From the NCBI GenBank assembly GCA_031427895.1, contig JANPOH010000542.1, positions 1 to 48,234 of the forward strand: 48,234 nt of DNA. The letters run 5' to 3'. The position numbers were made by a program, and so were the translations under genes. Each line of letters starts with the position of its first letter. Position 1 is the stretch's first letter. The notes under the pieces were generated by a model, which saw nothing but the letters and a program-made list of their open reading frames with translations, ran no database searches and was not told where the DNA came from. Origin of the DNA: Betaproteobacteria bacterium (GTDB lineage: Bacteria > Pseudomonadota > Gammaproteobacteria > Burkholderiales > SG8-41). Positions 23,674 to 34,364 of the stretch are shown here, in pieces.

Positions 23674-24780
23674 TCAGGAAACCGCCAGCATGCGATCCAG
23701 CGTGATGCGCGCGAGATCGGCATCGCGTTGCGGCACTTTGATCTGATTAACCACTTTGCCGGCCACCAGGTTTTCAAGCGTCCACGCCAGATGTTGCGGG
23801 TCGATGCGCGCCATGGTCGAACACATGCACACGGTGGGCGCCATGAACTGCACCACCTTGCCCTGCGGCTTGAATTCGTCGGCGATGCGGTTCACCAAAT
23901 TCAGTTCGGTGCCCACCAGCCAGCGCGTGCCGGGCGCGCTCGCCGCGATGGTTTTGATGATGTAGTCGGTGGAGCCGACGTAATCGGAAAGTTTGCACAC
24001 CTCGAAATTGCATTCGGGGTGACTGATGACCGCGCCGGTCGGGTTTTGCTGCCGCCAGCGCAGAATGTGCGACGCCTGAAACATCTGATGCACCGAGCAA
24101 TGACCTTTCCACAGCAACACCTTAGCCATCTTGATCTGCTGCACGGTCAGACCGCCCATCGGCAGATCGGGATCCCACACCAGCATTTCCGCCAGCGGGA
24201 TATCCATCAGATAGCCGGTCCAGCGGCCAAGGTGCTGGTCAGGGAAGAACAGCACTTTTTCGCGGCGCGCAAACGCCCATTGCAGGATTTGCCGCGCATT
24301 GCTGGAGGTGCAGACGATGCCGCCGTGCTCGCCGCAAAACGCCTTGAGATCAGCCGCGGAATTGATATAGGTGATCGGCGTGATGGTTTCGTCGGGATTC
24401 AACACTTCACCGATTTCACGCCACGCGCGCTCGACCTTGGTCAAATTGGCCATGTCGGCCATTGAGCAGCCCGCGCTCATGTCCGGCAGGATGACGGTCT
24501 GCGTCGGCTTGGACACGATGTCGGCGACTTCGGCCATGAAATGCACGCCGCAGAACACCAGGTAATCGGCAGCGGTGCGCGAAGCGAGTTTCGATAAGCC
24601 CAGCGAATCACCCACCAGATCGGCGTGACGATACACGTCGGCGCGCTGGTAGTGGTGGCCCAAAATCACCGCGCGCTTGCCCAGCGCCTTTTTGGCGGCA
24701 AGGATGCGCGGCAGGCAATCGTCGTCGGCCAGTGGCTTGTAACTGTCAAATTTGATCGTATTTACAGCGCTCGTTTCCAT
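23674..24780 (-). CDS. nadA: quinolinate synthase
   Basis: ORF track 23674..24804; ATG at 24780 (METSAVNTIKF...). ILGHHYQRADV, FCGVHFMAE, DMSAGCSMADM, TYINSAADLKA, VCTSSNA, HPECNFEV, VGTELNLV and the conserved Cys in MCSTM fit NadA. Confidence 0.9.
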   Translation of the reverse strand: METSAVNTIKFDSYKPLADDDCLPRILAAKKALGKRAVILGHHYQRADVYRHADLVGDSLGLSKLASRTAADYLVFCGVHFMAEVADIVSKPTQTVILPDMSAGCSMADMANLTKVERAWREIGEVLNPDETITPITYINSAADLKAFCGEHGGIVCTSSNARQILQWAFARREKVLFFPDQHLGRWTGYLMDIPLAEMLVWDPDLPMGGLTVQQIKMAKVLLWKGHCSVHQMFQASHILRWRQQNPTGAVISHPECNFEVCKLSDYVGSTDYIIKTIAASAPGTRWLVGTELNLVNRIADEFKPQGKVVQFMAPTVCMCSTMARIDPQHLAWTLENLVAGKVVNQIKVPQRDADLARITLDRMLAVS

Positions 24781-24932
24781 GATGCCCTTTCGCTTTTCTC
24801 GCAAAGCAAAATGTCGGGGGAGCCGAGAAAGATATCACATTAAGACTCGTTTTCCAGCGCACAATTCCCATATCTGGAATCACTACATAATATGCGAACG
24901 CACATGCGGTTTACCGCAAGAGCGGTGAAATA

Positions 24933-24965
24933 GGGGGCTTAAAGGGGGCTTAAAGGTGACTTAAC
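24933..24965. repeat. 11-bp tandem repeat, 3 units
   Basis: GGGGGCTTAAA GGGGGCTTAAA GGTGACTTAAC, seen directly. Lies 23 nt downstream of the nudB stop, in the nudB-nadA spacer. Confidence 0.8.
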
Positions 24966-24987
24966 CCTTTCCGCCTTTCTTCAACGT

Positions 24988-25431
24988 TCAACGCGCTCTT
25001 TCAGGAAGCTCGCGAATCGCCGCCGCATTGCTCCAGGAAAATGCCTTTTCCGCTGCTTCTTTCCAGGGCAGCCAGACGTATTGCAAATGCTCTTTCGGCG
25101 CCAGCGTCACCGGCAGCGGGCCCGGCACTTCGAGGCTGAACACGTGCTCCTGATTGTGCGTGGTGCCGGGCGGGTAACGACCGCTCCAGCGCGAAAATAT
25201 CTCGAATTGATTCTGCTTGTTCCAGTTACACAGCGGATATCGCCGCGCGTCGATGCCGGTTTCCTCGCTCACTTCGCGCACCGCCGTGGCTTCCAGCGGC
25301 TCGTCTTCGGCATCCAGGCTGCCGGTGACGGATTGCCAGAAGCCGGGACGATCCGCGCGCTCGATCAGCAACACCTGGAGGTCGGGGGTGTGGATTACCA
25401 CCAATACCGAAATCGGGATTTTGTAGACCAA
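24988..25431 (-). CDS. nudB: dihydroneopterin triphosphate diphosphatase (Nudix)
   Basis: ORF track. ISVLVVIHTPDLQVLLIERADRPGFWQSVTGSLDAEDEPLEATAVREVSEETGI (Nudix box) and FSWSNAAAIREL parallel E. coli NudB. Located near aspS, as in E. coli. Confidence 0.8.
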   Translation of the reverse strand: MVYKIPISVLVVIHTPDLQVLLIERADRPGFWQSVTGSLDAEDEPLEATAVREVSEETGIDARRYPLCNWNKQNQFEIFSRWSGRYPPGTTHNQEHVFSLEVPGPLPVTLAPKEHLQYVWLPWKEAAEKAFSWSNAAAIRELPERAR

Positions 25432-25442
25432 AACCTTGCCGC

Positions 25443-25883
25443 CTAACGCACTTGCGATGTCAGCGGCAATGTCAGCGCAGGCAAATCCTTGGCGTCGTCC
25501 ACCAGCACGAAAAAGGGCGTGTCCCGACCCTTCCAGAACTCAGCCGCTTCGGCCAGCACGTCGAGCGCGGTTTGATAATCGCTGGCGGCGGCAGCAGCAA
25601 ATTTTTCGGCGCCCGCGATGTGCAGCACATAACCTTGGCCGTCCAACCAATTGAAATCACGCAGGCAATCCGCCAGCGCATCCCAGTTGCCACCGAAGTA
25701 CGACGGCAGTTTTAACTGTTTCGCGCACACCGCGAGAAATTGTTTTTTGTTTGCCGCAGCCTGTAGCGGCAGGTCCAGCCAAAGCAGCCCTGCCGTGCCG
25801 GCCTGCTTGCGAAACGCATCCACGGACGCCGGGGCGCGGTAGATGCCGGAACGTTTGGGGGTGATACCCGGGGCCGCGCTCAT
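25443..25883 (-). CDS. barstar-family ribonuclease inhibitor
   Basis: ORF track. LKLPSYFGGNWDALADCLRDFNWL...YVLHIAGAE is the barstar pattern (..FG.N.DAL.DCL.D). ATGA overlap with the upstream RNase gene. Confidence 0.8.
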   Translation of the reverse strand: MSAAPGITPKRSGIYRAPASVDAFRKQAGTAGLLWLDLPLQAAANKKQFLAVCAKQLKLPSYFGGNWDALADCLRDFNWLDGQGYVLHIAGAEKFAAAAASDYQTALDVLAEAAEFWKGRDTPFFVLVDDAKDLPALTLPLTSQVR

Positions 25884-26281
25884 GGCACTATCCGTTTGAA
25901 TGTTTTGTAGTGATCTTCGCTATAGTATTTTTCGCCGTCCTTGCCGGTGACGATGCGCCGCGCGCCGCGATGTTTGACGCCCGGCGTCTTAACGGTGAAC
26001 TCGCGGTAGTAGCCGCGATCCTTAAGCGGCAAAATTTTCTCGAAATTGCTGAACACGATACCGTCGCGATCATGCGGATACGGCCCGCCTTTTTCGATCA
26101 GCTTGAGCGTCTCGCGGGCTTCGGTCGGCAAATCCTTGACCGCGATATCGGCCAGTGCGCGCTGTATGCGCTGCGGCTGCGTCGCCCCCTCGCGCTGCGC
26201 GGACGCAGGCACCGGCGACAACAGCAGCGCCGCAGCCCAAATAACACCTAAGTATTTGATAATGTTCAATATTTTTTTCAC
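25880..26281 (-). CDS. secreted guanyl-specific ribonuclease (barnase/RNase Sa family)
   Basis: ORF track (GTG start). Signal peptide ending PASA. TLKLIEKGGPYPHDRDGIVFSNFEKILPLKDRGYYREFTVKTPGVKHRGARRIVTG...YYSEDHYKTFKRI matches the microbial RNase fold motifs (GGPFPY.RDG..F.N....LP....GYYRE.TV.TPG...RG.RRIV.....YYT.DHY..F..I). Confidence 0.8.
   Translation of the reverse strand: MKKILNIIKYLGVIWAAALLLSPVPASAQREGATQPQRIQRALADIAVKDLPTEARETLKLIEKGGPYPHDRDGIVFSNFEKILPLKDRGYYREFTVKTPGVKHRGARRIVTGKDGEKYYSEDHYKTFKRIVP
26249..26264 (+). repeat. AT-rich dispersed repeat, degenerate copy
   Basis: TAAGTATTTGATAATG: first 10 nt exact, 4 mismatches after, followed by TTCAATATTTTTTTCAC. Lies antisense within the first 12 codons (MKKILNIIKYLG) of the RNase gene. 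Confidence 0.65.
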
Positions 26282-26348
26282 GAATCAATGCCTCGCGTAG
26301 TCACTTTTTTGTTTAACGCGCAGAGCGCTGTGCCAGATGACCCGTCGT

Positions 26349-28133
26349 TCATGCCGCAGGCATTTCGGCTTTACGCAGCCGGATATGCAGTTCACGCAAC
26401 TGCTTCTCGTCCACCACGTTCGGCGCCTGCGTCAGCAGACATTGCGCGCGCTGGGTTTTCGGGAACGCAATCACGCCGCGTATCGATTCCGCGCCCGCCA
26501 TCATGGTGACGATGCGATCCAGCCCGAAGGCGATTCCGCCGTGCGGCGGCGCGCCGTACTGCAGGGCCTTGAGCAGGAAACCGAATTTTGCGTCGGCCTC
26601 TTCGGCATGGATGCCCAGCGCGGTGAACACCTTGGATTGCACATCCTGACGATGGATACGCACCGAGCCGCCGCCGATTTCCCAGCCGTTCAACACCATG
26701 TCGTGCGCGATGGCGCGCGCGGCGCCGGGATTCGATTCGAGCAGGTCTTCGTGACCCGCCGCCGGCGAGGTGAACGGATGATGCATGGCGTTCCAGCGCT
26801 TGCCTTCTTCGTCCCACTCAAACATGGGGAAGTCGAGCACCCACAGCGGCTTCCAGCCTTTTTCGGCGAAGCCGCGCTCGTGCCCGATTTTTGCGCGCAG
26901 CGCGCCCAAGGCTTCATTCACCACCTTGGCTTTGTCCGCGCCGAAGAAAATCAGGTCGCCGTTTTTCGCGCCGGAACGTTCGATCGCCGCCTTCAACGCC
27001 GCCTCCGACAAATTCTTGACGATGGGCGATTGCAGTCCAGTCTCGTTCAACTGGGTGACATCGTTGATCTTGATGTACGCCAGCCCCTTGGCGCCGTAAA
27101 TTTTGCTGAACTCGGTGTAGGCATCGATCTCGCCGCGCGTGAGCGTGGCGCCGCCCGGCACCAGCAAGCCGGCGACGCGACCGCCCGGCGTGTTGGCCGG
27201 GCCGGAGAACACTTTGAATGCCACATCCTTCATCGCATCGGTCAGCTCGGTCAGCTTCAACGGCACGCGCATATCGGGCTTGTCGGAACCGTATAGCGAC
27301 ATCGCCTCGTCAAAGGCGATGCGCGGAAACGGCTGCGGTAAGTCGACGTTCAACACCTCTTTGAACACGCTGCAAATCATCGCCTCCATCATATCGGTGA
27401 TTTCCAACTGCGTGAGGAACGAGGTCTCGATATCGATCTGCGTGAATTCCGGCTGCCGGTCGGCGCGCAGGTCTTCATCGCGAAAGCAGCGTACGATCTG
27501 GTAGTAGCGGTCAAAGCCCGACACCATCAGCATTTGCTTGAACAACTGCGGCGATTGCGGCAAAGCGAAAAATTCGCCCGCATGCACCCGCGACGGCACC
27601 AGGTAGTCGCGCGCGCCTTCTGGCGTGGAGCGCGTGAGCATCGGGGTCTCGATGTCGATAAAACCGAGCTTGTCCAGATGGTTACGCACCGCCATCGCGG
27701 TGCGGTAACGCAGCCGCATGTTCTTTTGCATGGCCGGACGGCGCAGATCGAGAAAGCGATACTCAAGACGCACGTTTTCCGACAACGATTCGTCGTCCAT
27801 CATGAATGGCGGCGTGAGCGATGGATTCAGAATTTCCATCGACTGCGCCAGCATTTCGATCTCGCCGCTGACGAGGTTGGCGTTGACCGTGCCTTCGGGA
27901 CGCGGGCGCACCTTGCCGGTGATGCTCACCACGAATTCGTTACGCAGCGTCTCGGCGGTCTTGAAGGTGGCCGCGTTGTCCGGGTCGCAGACGATTTGTA
28001 CCAGGCCTTCACGGTCGCGCAAATCGATGAAGATAACGCCGCCGTGGTCGCGGCGCCGATGCACCCAGCCCTGTACCGTCACGACTTGTCCCAGATGTTT
28101 GCGGCTCACCAGCCCGCAGTATTCGCTACGCAT
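26349..28133 (-). CDS. aspS: aspartate--tRNA ligase
   Basis: ORF track, 594 aa. MRSEYCG...[57 protein letters not shown] and [12 protein letters not shown] are class II AspRS signatures. Confidence 0.95.
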   Translation of the reverse strand: MRSEYCGLVSRKHLGQVVTVQGWVHRRRDHGGVIFIDLRDREGLVQIVCDPDNAATFKTAETLRNEFVVSITGKVRPRPEGTVNANLVSGEIEMLAQSMEILNPSLTPPFMMDDESLSENVRLEYRFLDLRRPAMQKNMRLRYRTAMAVRNHLDKLGFIDIETPMLTRSTPEGARDYLVPSRVHAGEFFALPQSPQLFKQMLMVSGFDRYYQIVRCFRDEDLRADRQPEFTQIDIETSFLTQLEITDMMEAMICSVFKEVLNVDLPQPFPRIAFDEAMSLYGSDKPDMRVPLKLTELTDAMKDVAFKVFSGPANTPGGRVAGLLVPGGATLTRGEIDAYTEFSKIYGAKGLAYIKINDVTQLNETGLQSPIVKNLSEAALKAAIERSGAKNGDLIFFGADKAKVVNEALGALRAKIGHERGFAEKGWKPLWVLDFPMFEWDEEGKRWNAMHHPFTSPAAGHEDLLESNPGAARAIAHDMVLNGWEIGGGSVRIHRQDVQSKVFTALGIHAEEADAKFGFLLKALQYGAPPHGGIAFGLDRIVTMMAGAESIRGVIAFPKTQRAQCLLTQAPNVVDEKQLRELHIRLRKAEMPAA

Positions 28134-28172
28134 GATTATTTAAACCTGAAAAAATCGGATGAAAGGATTGTG

Positions 28173-28865
28173 CTACTCGTTCGCCGCGCGCGGTTTGGCC
28201 GATGCCGTATTTTCCAATACCCCCGCCTCGCGGCCTTTGCCGGCCTTGCGCCCCTTAACGCTGGCGTCCGTGGTCACCACGCCCATCGATATGATGTATT
28301 TCAGGGCTTCATCGATGCTCATGTCGAGCTCGATCACTTCGGAGCGTTTGACGAAGAAATAAAACCCATTCACCGGGCTCGGCGTGGTCGGGATAAATAC
28401 GGCCACGTGCTCCTCGGAAAACTGACTCAGCAAATCGCCCGGCACATTGGTCTGCAACGCCAGTGACCACGCCTGCGGATGCGGATAACGCACCAGCAGC
28501 ACTTTGCGAAAGGCGTGGCCTGACCCGGAAAACAAGGTGTCGCTGACCTGCTTGACCGCCTTGTAGATGGAATTGACCACCGGGATGCGTAACAGCACGC
28601 CCTCCCAAAACGCCACCAGTTTCTGGCCGATAAAGTTCGCCGCCAGCACGCCAGTGAGCAACACCACCGCCAGCGTGAGTATGACGCCCAATCCGGGAAT
28701 ATGAATGCCGAGCCAGCTTTCGGTGCGTAACGCCATCGGCAGCAGCAGCAGCGTTTGATCCATGGTGCTCACCAACAGGTTTAGCACCCACAAGGTAATC
28801 ACCAGCGGCACCCAGATCAGCAGGCCGGTAATCATGTAACGCTTGAAAAAACTCTTTTTTGGCAT
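28173..28865 (-). CDS. DUF502-family membrane protein
   Basis: ORF track. FFKRYMITGLLIWVPLVITLWVLNLLV...IPGLGVILTLAVVLLTGVLAANFIGQKL...IPVVNSIYKAVKQV...IPTTPSPVNGFYFFV matches the DUF502 pattern. Confidence 0.85.
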   Translation of the reverse strand: MPKKSFFKRYMITGLLIWVPLVITLWVLNLLVSTMDQTLLLLPMALRTESWLGIHIPGLGVILTLAVVLLTGVLAANFIGQKLVAFWEGVLLRIPVVNSIYKAVKQVSDTLFSGSGHAFRKVLLVRYPHPQAWSLALQTNVPGDLLSQFSEEHVAVFIPTTPSPVNGFYFFVKRSEVIELDMSIDEALKYIISMGVVTTDASVKGRKAGKGREAGVLENTASAKPRAANE

Positions 28866-28911
28866 GGGAGTCGATACGACCGGTTACGCAAATTTCATGG
28901 CGAAATCAGGA

Positions 28912-28940
28912 TCGACCGGGCGTCATTTGCGCCCGGTCGA
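28912..28940 (-). terminator. strong hairpin (11-bp stem) downstream of the zinc-ribbon gene
   Basis: TCGACCGGGCG-TCATTTG-CGCCCGGTCGA, seen directly, 79 nt after the stop at 29019. Only a weak U-rich tail follows on the minus strand, so its function (terminator or processing site) is uncertain. Confidence 0.35.
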
Positions 28941-29018
28941 ATCAAGCCGAACAAAGCCACACAAAGAGCATAACGCGCACCTGCCGTCATCGTTACACCG
29001 TGTCGCGCGACGATCGAA

Positions 29019-29396
29019 TCAATTCGTGCTGGTGGTGGACGGCGCGGGCGTGCTGGTTGCGGCGGGTGTGCTGGCAGCCGCACTGGGTGCGCTCGGCGCA
29101 CTGGCCTCGGCGGTGCTTTTTTCAGTCTTGGCCGATTCGGACGAAGTAGAGGAAATCTTGGTATCTACTTGTTTTGAATCCGTTTTTTTCAGAGCGGCCG
29201 CGGTGTGGCTGCCGCCGGTTTTGAAATCGGTCGCGTACCAGCCGCCGCCCTTCAACTGAAATCCGGCGGCGGTGACCATTTTGCTGAAGGTCGCCTTTTT
29301 GCACTCAGGGCAATCGGTCAGCAGCGCATCACTCATGCGCTGAATATATTCCTTTTGAAAACCACAACTGTCGCAACGATATTCGTAAATCGGCAT
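29019..29396 (-). CDS. FmdB-family zinc-ribbon protein with a low-complexity Ser/Thr/Ala/Pro tail
   Basis: ORF track. MPIYEYRCDSCGFQKEYIQRMSDALLTDCPECKK has the CxxC...CxxC FmdB signature. Confidence 0.85.
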   Translation of the reverse strand: MPIYEYRCDSCGFQKEYIQRMSDALLTDCPECKKATFSKMVTAAGFQLKGGGWYATDFKTGGSHTAAALKKTDSKQVDTKISSTSSESAKTEKSTAEASAPSAPSAAASTPAATSTPAPSTTSTN

Positions 29397-29654
29397 GGCA
29401 AATAACTCTCTAGTAACACCCTAATTGCGCGGTAAATTACGCTACAAAATGCGAAAAAACTATTATACACCAAGCGGTTAGCGCAATTTAGCGCGCGGCG
29501 GACCAATCCGCCCGGAGGCACCGCGAGCGACCGCATAAGCCACTCCGGGCGCGCCAGGCCGGGCAGCGGCGACAGCGCAGGCAACCGGGCGGCGACCGGA
29601 GTTAAGTCACGCGCTCAACACGCGACATCCGACGCCAGACTCCCCACAACCCCA

Positions 29655-30122
29655 TCAAAACGGAATATCGTCGTCCATTTCATCAAAGCCGCCGCCCTTT
29701 TTCGCGGGCGGCCGCTTTTCGCCGCTGGGCGCGACACTGCCGCCACCGGCACTCGCTGCCGCAGGTTCGCGCGCCATGTTTTCCGCGCCGCCGCGACTGC
29801 CCAACAGTTGCATGCGGTCGCCGACGATCTCGGTGGTGAATCGATCCTGGCCTTCTTTGTCCTGCCACTTGCGGGTGCGAATACGGCCTTCGATATAGAC
29901 TGGCGAACCTTTTTTCAGGTACTCACCGGCGATCTCTGCCTGCCGGCCAAAAAATGAGATGCGATGCCACTCGGTGTGCTCCTGCTTGGCGCCGCTTTTG
30001 TCTTTGAAGGTTTCCGTGGTGGCCATGGTGAAGTTGGCCACGGCATCGCCGTTCGGCAAATAGCGCGTCTCCGGGTCTTTTCCAAGGTTGCCGATGAGAA
30101 TAACTTTGTTAACTGATGCCAT
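29655..30122 (-). CDS. ssb: single-stranded DNA-binding protein
   Basis: ORF track. [37 protein letters not shown]...[34 protein letters not shown] and the acidic tip DDDIPF. Confidence 0.95.
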   Translation of the reverse strand: MASVNKVILIGNLGKDPETRYLPNGDAVANFTMATTETFKDKSGAKQEHTEWHRISFFGRQAEIAGEYLKKGSPVYIEGRIRTRKWQDKEGQDRFTTEIVGDRMQLLGSRGGAENMAREPAAASAGGGSVAPSGEKRPPAKKGGGFDEMDDDIPF

Positions 30123-30140
30123 GGTTGACTCCTGAATGAA

Positions 30141-31376
30141 TTATCGTACCGGCTCGCCGTCCGTCTGGGAAATGGTCGTTTTGCCACGCGGCAACGGCAC
30201 CTGCATGCCCATCGTGAGTATAAGCCAGATCGCCAGCAGGATTGCGCCCGGCACTACGATGCCGGTCAAGCCCCAATGGCTGTATAAGAAGCCGCCCGCC
30301 GCCGCGCCCGCGAAGGCGCCGAGAAACTGCACGCTGCTGTAGACGCCTATCGCCGCGCCCTTGAGCTCGCGCGGCGCAATGCGCGACACCAGCGACGGCA
30401 GCATCGCTTCGAGCACATTGAACGGGGTAAAAAATATCAATAAAAACAAGGTGATTTCCCATACCCCGCCAATCAGCCACGGCATCGCCAACTGCACCAG
30501 CAACAATAAAGCCACCGATGCCACGAACCAGCCTTTCAATTTGCGCGGGTCGGCATGCGATCCCATCACGGCAGGCGCCATCAGCACAAACGAGATCAAC
30601 ATCACCGGGAGGTAGATTTTCCAGTGCTGGTTAAGCGGCATGCCGGCGTCGCGCAAGGCAAACGGCACGGCAATAAACAGCGCCATCAGCACCGCATGCA
30701 GCACGAAGATGCCCCAGTTCAGACGCGCGAGTTGCGGGTCGGCCAGCACGATCTTGAAATCCGCCAGTAAGGTGGAGCTCCGCTGCGAGATTGCAGGGAA
30801 CGCCGGCTGCGGCGGAACAATACGCCATATCACGCCCATGGCGCCGATGGCGAGTACGCCGGTCAGCGCAAAGATGCCGGGCACGCCGATCAGTTGATTA
30901 AGCCACGGCGCCGCCGCCAGCGATAGCGCGAAGACCAGACCAATGGTGGAGCCGATCATCGCCATCGATTTGGTGCGATGTTCTTCGCGCGTGAGGTCGG
31001 AGGCCAACGCCATCACGGCGGCGGAAATCGCGCCCGCGCCTTGCAGCACGCGGCCCAGAATCACCACGTAAATGTTCGGCGCGGCAGCAGCCACAAAACT
31101 GCCCACCGCGAACAAAATCAGACCGAAATACATCACCGGCTTGCGTCCGATGCGATCCGACCACCAGCCAAACGGAATTTGCAGAATTGCCTGCGTCAGC
31201 CCGTAAGCGCCGATGGCGATACCGGCCAACACGAGGCTGCCGCCGGGCAGGGTTTCGGCGTAGATGGCGAATACCGGCAGGATGACGAACATGCCGAATA
31301 ATCGCAGGCCAAATACGCTGGCGAGCGCAAGACTTGCCCGCAGTTCCAGCGCGCTCATGCGATTAGACAATGACAT
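30141..31376 (-). CDS. MFS transporter
   Basis: ORF track, 411 aa with about 12 hydrophobic helices. [11 protein letters not shown] is the MFS loop 2-3 motif. Sits between ssb and uvrA. Confidence 0.85.
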   Translation of the reverse strand: MSLSNRMSALELRASLALASVFGLRLFGMFVILPVFAIYAETLPGGSLVLAGIAIGAYGLTQAILQIPFGWWSDRIGRKPVMYFGLILFAVGSFVAAAAPNIYVVILGRVLQGAGAISAAVMALASDLTREEHRTKSMAMIGSTIGLVFALSLAAAPWLNQLIGVPGIFALTGVLAIGAMGVIWRIVPPQPAFPAISQRSSTLLADFKIVLADPQLARLNWGIFVLHAVLMALFIAVPFALRDAGMPLNQHWKIYLPVMLISFVLMAPAVMGSHADPRKLKGWFVASVALLLLVQLAMPWLIGGVWEITLFLLIFFTPFNVLEAMLPSLVSRIAPRELKGAAIGVYSSVQFLGAFAGAAAGGFLYSHWGLTGIVVPGAILLAIWLILTMGMQVPLPRGKTTISQTDGEPVR

Positions 31377-31433
31377 GGAAAAACAGCTAGGGAATTGAAT
31401 CGAAAGGCGGGTATATTAGCAGGTTTACATTTG

Positions 31434-34364
31434 ATGACTGGTTGCAAATTGTCTACTAGCGCTAATATCGACCCCAAGGTTATTTCTCTGCCAACCACGG
31501 CGCGTGCCAGCACGGATAAGTCGTCTGCGGGCACGCCCGCGAAAAGCGGCGATTACATCCGCGTGCGTGGTGCGCGCACGCACAATCTGAAGAACATTAA
31601 TCTCGATCTGCCGCGCAATCAGCTTGTGGTGATTACCGGTTTGTCGGGCTCCGGGAAATCCTCTCTCGCGTTTGATACGCTGTACGCGGAAGGCCAGCGC
31701 CGCTATGTTGAATCGCTGTCGGCGTATGCGCGGCAGTTTCTGCAAATCATGGAAAAGCCGGATGTCGATCTGATCGACGGGTTGTCACCGGCGATTTCTA
31801 TCGAGCAAAAAGCCACCAACCACAACCCGCGTTCGACAGTCGGCACCATCACTGAAATCCATGACTACCTGCGTTTGCTGTTCGCTCGCGTCGGCGACCC
31901 GCATTGCCCGGATCATGGCAAGCCCCTGCAAGCGCAAAGCGTGGCGCAGATGGTTGACCATGTGCTCACGCTGCCCGCCGACACGCGCGTGATGGTCGTG
32001 GCGCCGCTGATCGCGGGGCGCAAAGGCGAACAGGCCGATTTGTTTGACGAGCTGCGCGCGCAGGGTTTCGCGCGGCTTCGCATCGATGGGCAGGTGTATG
32101 AAATCGATAATCTGCCGAAGCTGAAAAAGAATTTCAAGCACACGGTGGATGTCATCGTCGATCGGCTCAAGGTGCGCGACGATGCCAAACAGCGGCTCGC
32201 CGAATCCTTCGAGACCGCGTTGCGCCACGCCGATGGCCGCGCGCTGGCGGTGGAGATGGACAGCGGCAAGGAACATTTGTTTTCGGCCAAGTTTGCATGC
32301 CCGCTGTGCAGCTACTCTTTACCGGAGCTTGAGCCGCGTCTGTTCTCTTTCAACAATCCGATGGGCGCATGCCCACGCTGCGACGGTATCGGCACGGTGA
32401 GTTTTTTCGACCCCAAACGGGTGGTCGCGTTTCCGGATCTGTCGCTGGCCTCGGGTGCCATTAAAGGCTGGGACCGGCGCAATCAGTTTTTCTACGAGAT
32501 GCTGCAAAGTCTGGCGGAGCATTACGGCTTTAATCTTGAAACACCGTACCACGAGCTTACCGATGAGGTGAAAACCACGGTGCTAAACGGCTCGGGCACG
32601 GAGAAAATCGCCTTCAACTATGCCGGCGAGCGCGGCAAAACCATTGTTCGCGAACATGCGTTCGAGGGCGTGATTCCCAATCTGGAGCGTCGCTCGCGTG
32701 AAACCGATTCGGTGCTGGTGCGTGAAGAACTCGCGAAGTATTTGAACACGCAGGCGTGCCCGGATTGCGCCGGCACACGGCTGCGGCGCGAAGCGCGTCA
32801 CGTCACGGTCGGCAAGAAAAATATTCATGAAATCAGCAATTTATCGCTGGATTCAGCGGTACGCTTTTTCGCCACCATCGATATCACCGGCTCCAAGCGC
32901 GCTATCGCCGACAAAATCGTGCATGAAATCGGCAACCGTTTGCAGTTTCTGGTCAACGTGGGGCTCGACTATCTGTCGCTGGATCGTGCGGCGGATACCT
33001 TGTCCGGCGGCGAGGCGCAGCGCATACGCCTCGCCAGCCAGATCGGGTCGGGATTAACCGGCGTTATGTATGTGCTGGACGAACCATCGATAGGCCTGCA
33101 TCAACGCGATAATCATCGTCTGATCGAAACCCTCAAACGCTTGCGCGACATCGGTAACTCGGTGATCGTGGTCGAGCACGATCAGGAAGCCATCCTGTGC
33201 GCGGACTACGTTGTCGATATGGGGTTGGGGGCGGGCGTGCATGGCGGCTGTGTCATCGCCGAGGGCACGGCGGCGGAAGTCTGCGCGCACGCGGAATCGC
33301 TGACGGGACAATATCTGTCGGGTCGCCGCGGCATCGCCGTGCCCGCGCTGCGCCACCCCGTGAACGAGAAGCGCCAACTGATCGTGCAGGGCGCTGCGGG
33401 CAACAATCTGAAGAATGTGACGGTCGGTATTCCCGTGGGTCTGTTCGTCTGCATCACCGGCGTTTCGGGTTCAGGCAAATCCACGTTGATTAACGACACG
33501 CTCTACACGGCCGCCGCGCAACACCTCTACGGTAGCGCGACCGAACCCGCGGCGCATGAAAGCATCACCGGGCTGGAGTTCTTCGACAAAGTGGTCAATG
33601 TCGATCAAAGCCCGATAGGCCGCACGCCTCGCTCCAATCCGGCAACCTATACCGGCTTGTTCACGCCGATTCGGGATTTGTTCGCGGGCGTGCCTGCCGC
33701 GCGTGAACGCGGCTACGGCGCGGGGCGGTTTTCTTTCAACGTCAAGGGCGGCCGCTGTGAAGCCTGTCAGGGCGACGGCATGCTCAAGGTGGAAATGCAC
33801 TTTCTTCCCGACGTTTACGTGCCCTGTGACGTGTGCCACGGCAAGCGCTACAACCGCGAGACGCTGCAAATTCTCTATAAGGGCAAGAACATCACCGAAG
33901 TGCTGGAGATGACAGTCGAGTACGCCACGGATTTTTTCAGCGCAGTGCCCGCCATCTCGCGCAAACTGCAAACACTGCTCGACGTGGGCTTGGGTTACAT
34001 CAAGCTCGGGCAAAGCGCGATTACCCTGTCGGGCGGAGAAGCCCAGCGCGTGAAGCTTGCGCTGGAACTGTCCAAGCGCGACACGGGGCGTACGCTGTAC
34101 ATCCTCGATGAACCCACCACGGGGCTGCATTTTTACGACATCGATTTATTGCTGCGCGTGCTGCACCGGCTGCGCGATCACGGCAACACGATCGTGGTTA
34201 TCGAACACAATCTCGATGTCATCAAGACAGCGGACTGGATCATCGACTTGGGACCCGAGGGCGGCAACGGCGGCGGGCGCATACTGGTCGAGGGCACCCC
34301 GGAAACCGTGGCCCGCCACGACGGGGGCCATACCGCCCGCTACCTCAAGGCCCTACTCCCGTGA
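31434..34364 (+). CDS. uvrA: excinuclease ABC subunit A
   Basis: ORF track 31395..34364 (TTG); first ATG at 31434. The start is uncertain, because conserved UvrA begins at [14 protein letters not shown] about 45 codons later. [35 protein letters not shown], zinc modules CPLC...CPRCDG and CPDC, and a second Walker [11 protein letters not shown]. Confidence 0.95.
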   Translation: MTGCKLSTSANIDPKVISLPTTARASTDKSSAGTPAKSGDYIRVRGARTHNLKNINLDLPRNQLVVITGLSGSGKSSLAFDTLYAEGQRRYVESLSAYARQFLQIMEKPDVDLIDGLSPAISIEQKATNHNPRSTVGTITEIHDYLRLLFARVGDPHCPDHGKPLQAQSVAQMVDHVLTLPADTRVMVVAPLIAGRKGEQADLFDELRAQGFARLRIDGQVYEIDNLPKLKKNFKHTVDVIVDRLKVRDDAKQRLAESFETALRHADGRALAVEMDSGKEHLFSAKFACPLCSYSLPELEPRLFSFNNPMGACPRCDGIGTVSFFDPKRVVAFPDLSLASGAIKGWDRRNQFFYEMLQSLAEHYGFNLETPYHELTDEVKTTVLNGSGTEKIAFNYAGERGKTIVREHAFEGVIPNLERRSRETDSVLVREELAKYLNTQACPDCAGTRLRREARHVTVGKKNIHEISNLSLDSAVRFFATIDITGSKRAIADKIVHEIGNRLQFLVNVGLDYLSLDRAADTLSGGEAQRIRLASQIGSGLTGVMYVLDEPSIGLHQRDNHRLIETLKRLRDIGNSVIVVEHDQEAILCADYVVDMGLGAGVHGGCVIAEGTAAEVCAHAESLTGQYLSGRRGIAVPALRHPVNEKRQLIVQGAAGNNLKNVTVGIPVGLFVCITGVSGSGKSTLINDTLYTAAAQHLYGSATEPAAHESITGLEFFDKVVNVDQSPIGRTPRSNPATYTGLFTPIRDLFAGVPAARERGYGAGRFSFNVKGGRCEACQGDGMLKVEMHFLPDVYVPCDVCHGKRYNRETLQILYKGKNITEVLEMTVEYATDFFSAVPAISRKLQTLLDVGLGYIKLGQSAITLSGGEAQRVKLALELSKRDTGRTLYILDEPTTGLHFYDIDLLLRVLHRLRDHGNTIVVIEHNLDVIKTADWIIDLGPEGGNGGGRILVEGTPETVARHDGGHTARYLKALLP

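Noticed and set aside
24781-24987. Possible riboswitch, tRNA or small RNA in the 207-nt nudB-nadA spacer and the 258-nt ssb-fmdB spacer (29397-29654).
   Set aside because: I recognised no tRNA T-loop or acceptor features, no conserved riboswitch core, and no convincing promoter-plus-terminator pair. This cannot be excluded without a covariance-model scan.
32736-32745. AAGTATTTGA inside uvrA, matching the first 10 nt of the AT-rich repeat core. A similar case is CGTAAGTATCGC at the rplP 5' end (about 45936-45952, minus strand).
   Set aside because: Both are short matches that encode conserved residues (AKYLN; RRKYRK) with GC-rich flanks and no T-rich tail. They are most likely coincidental.
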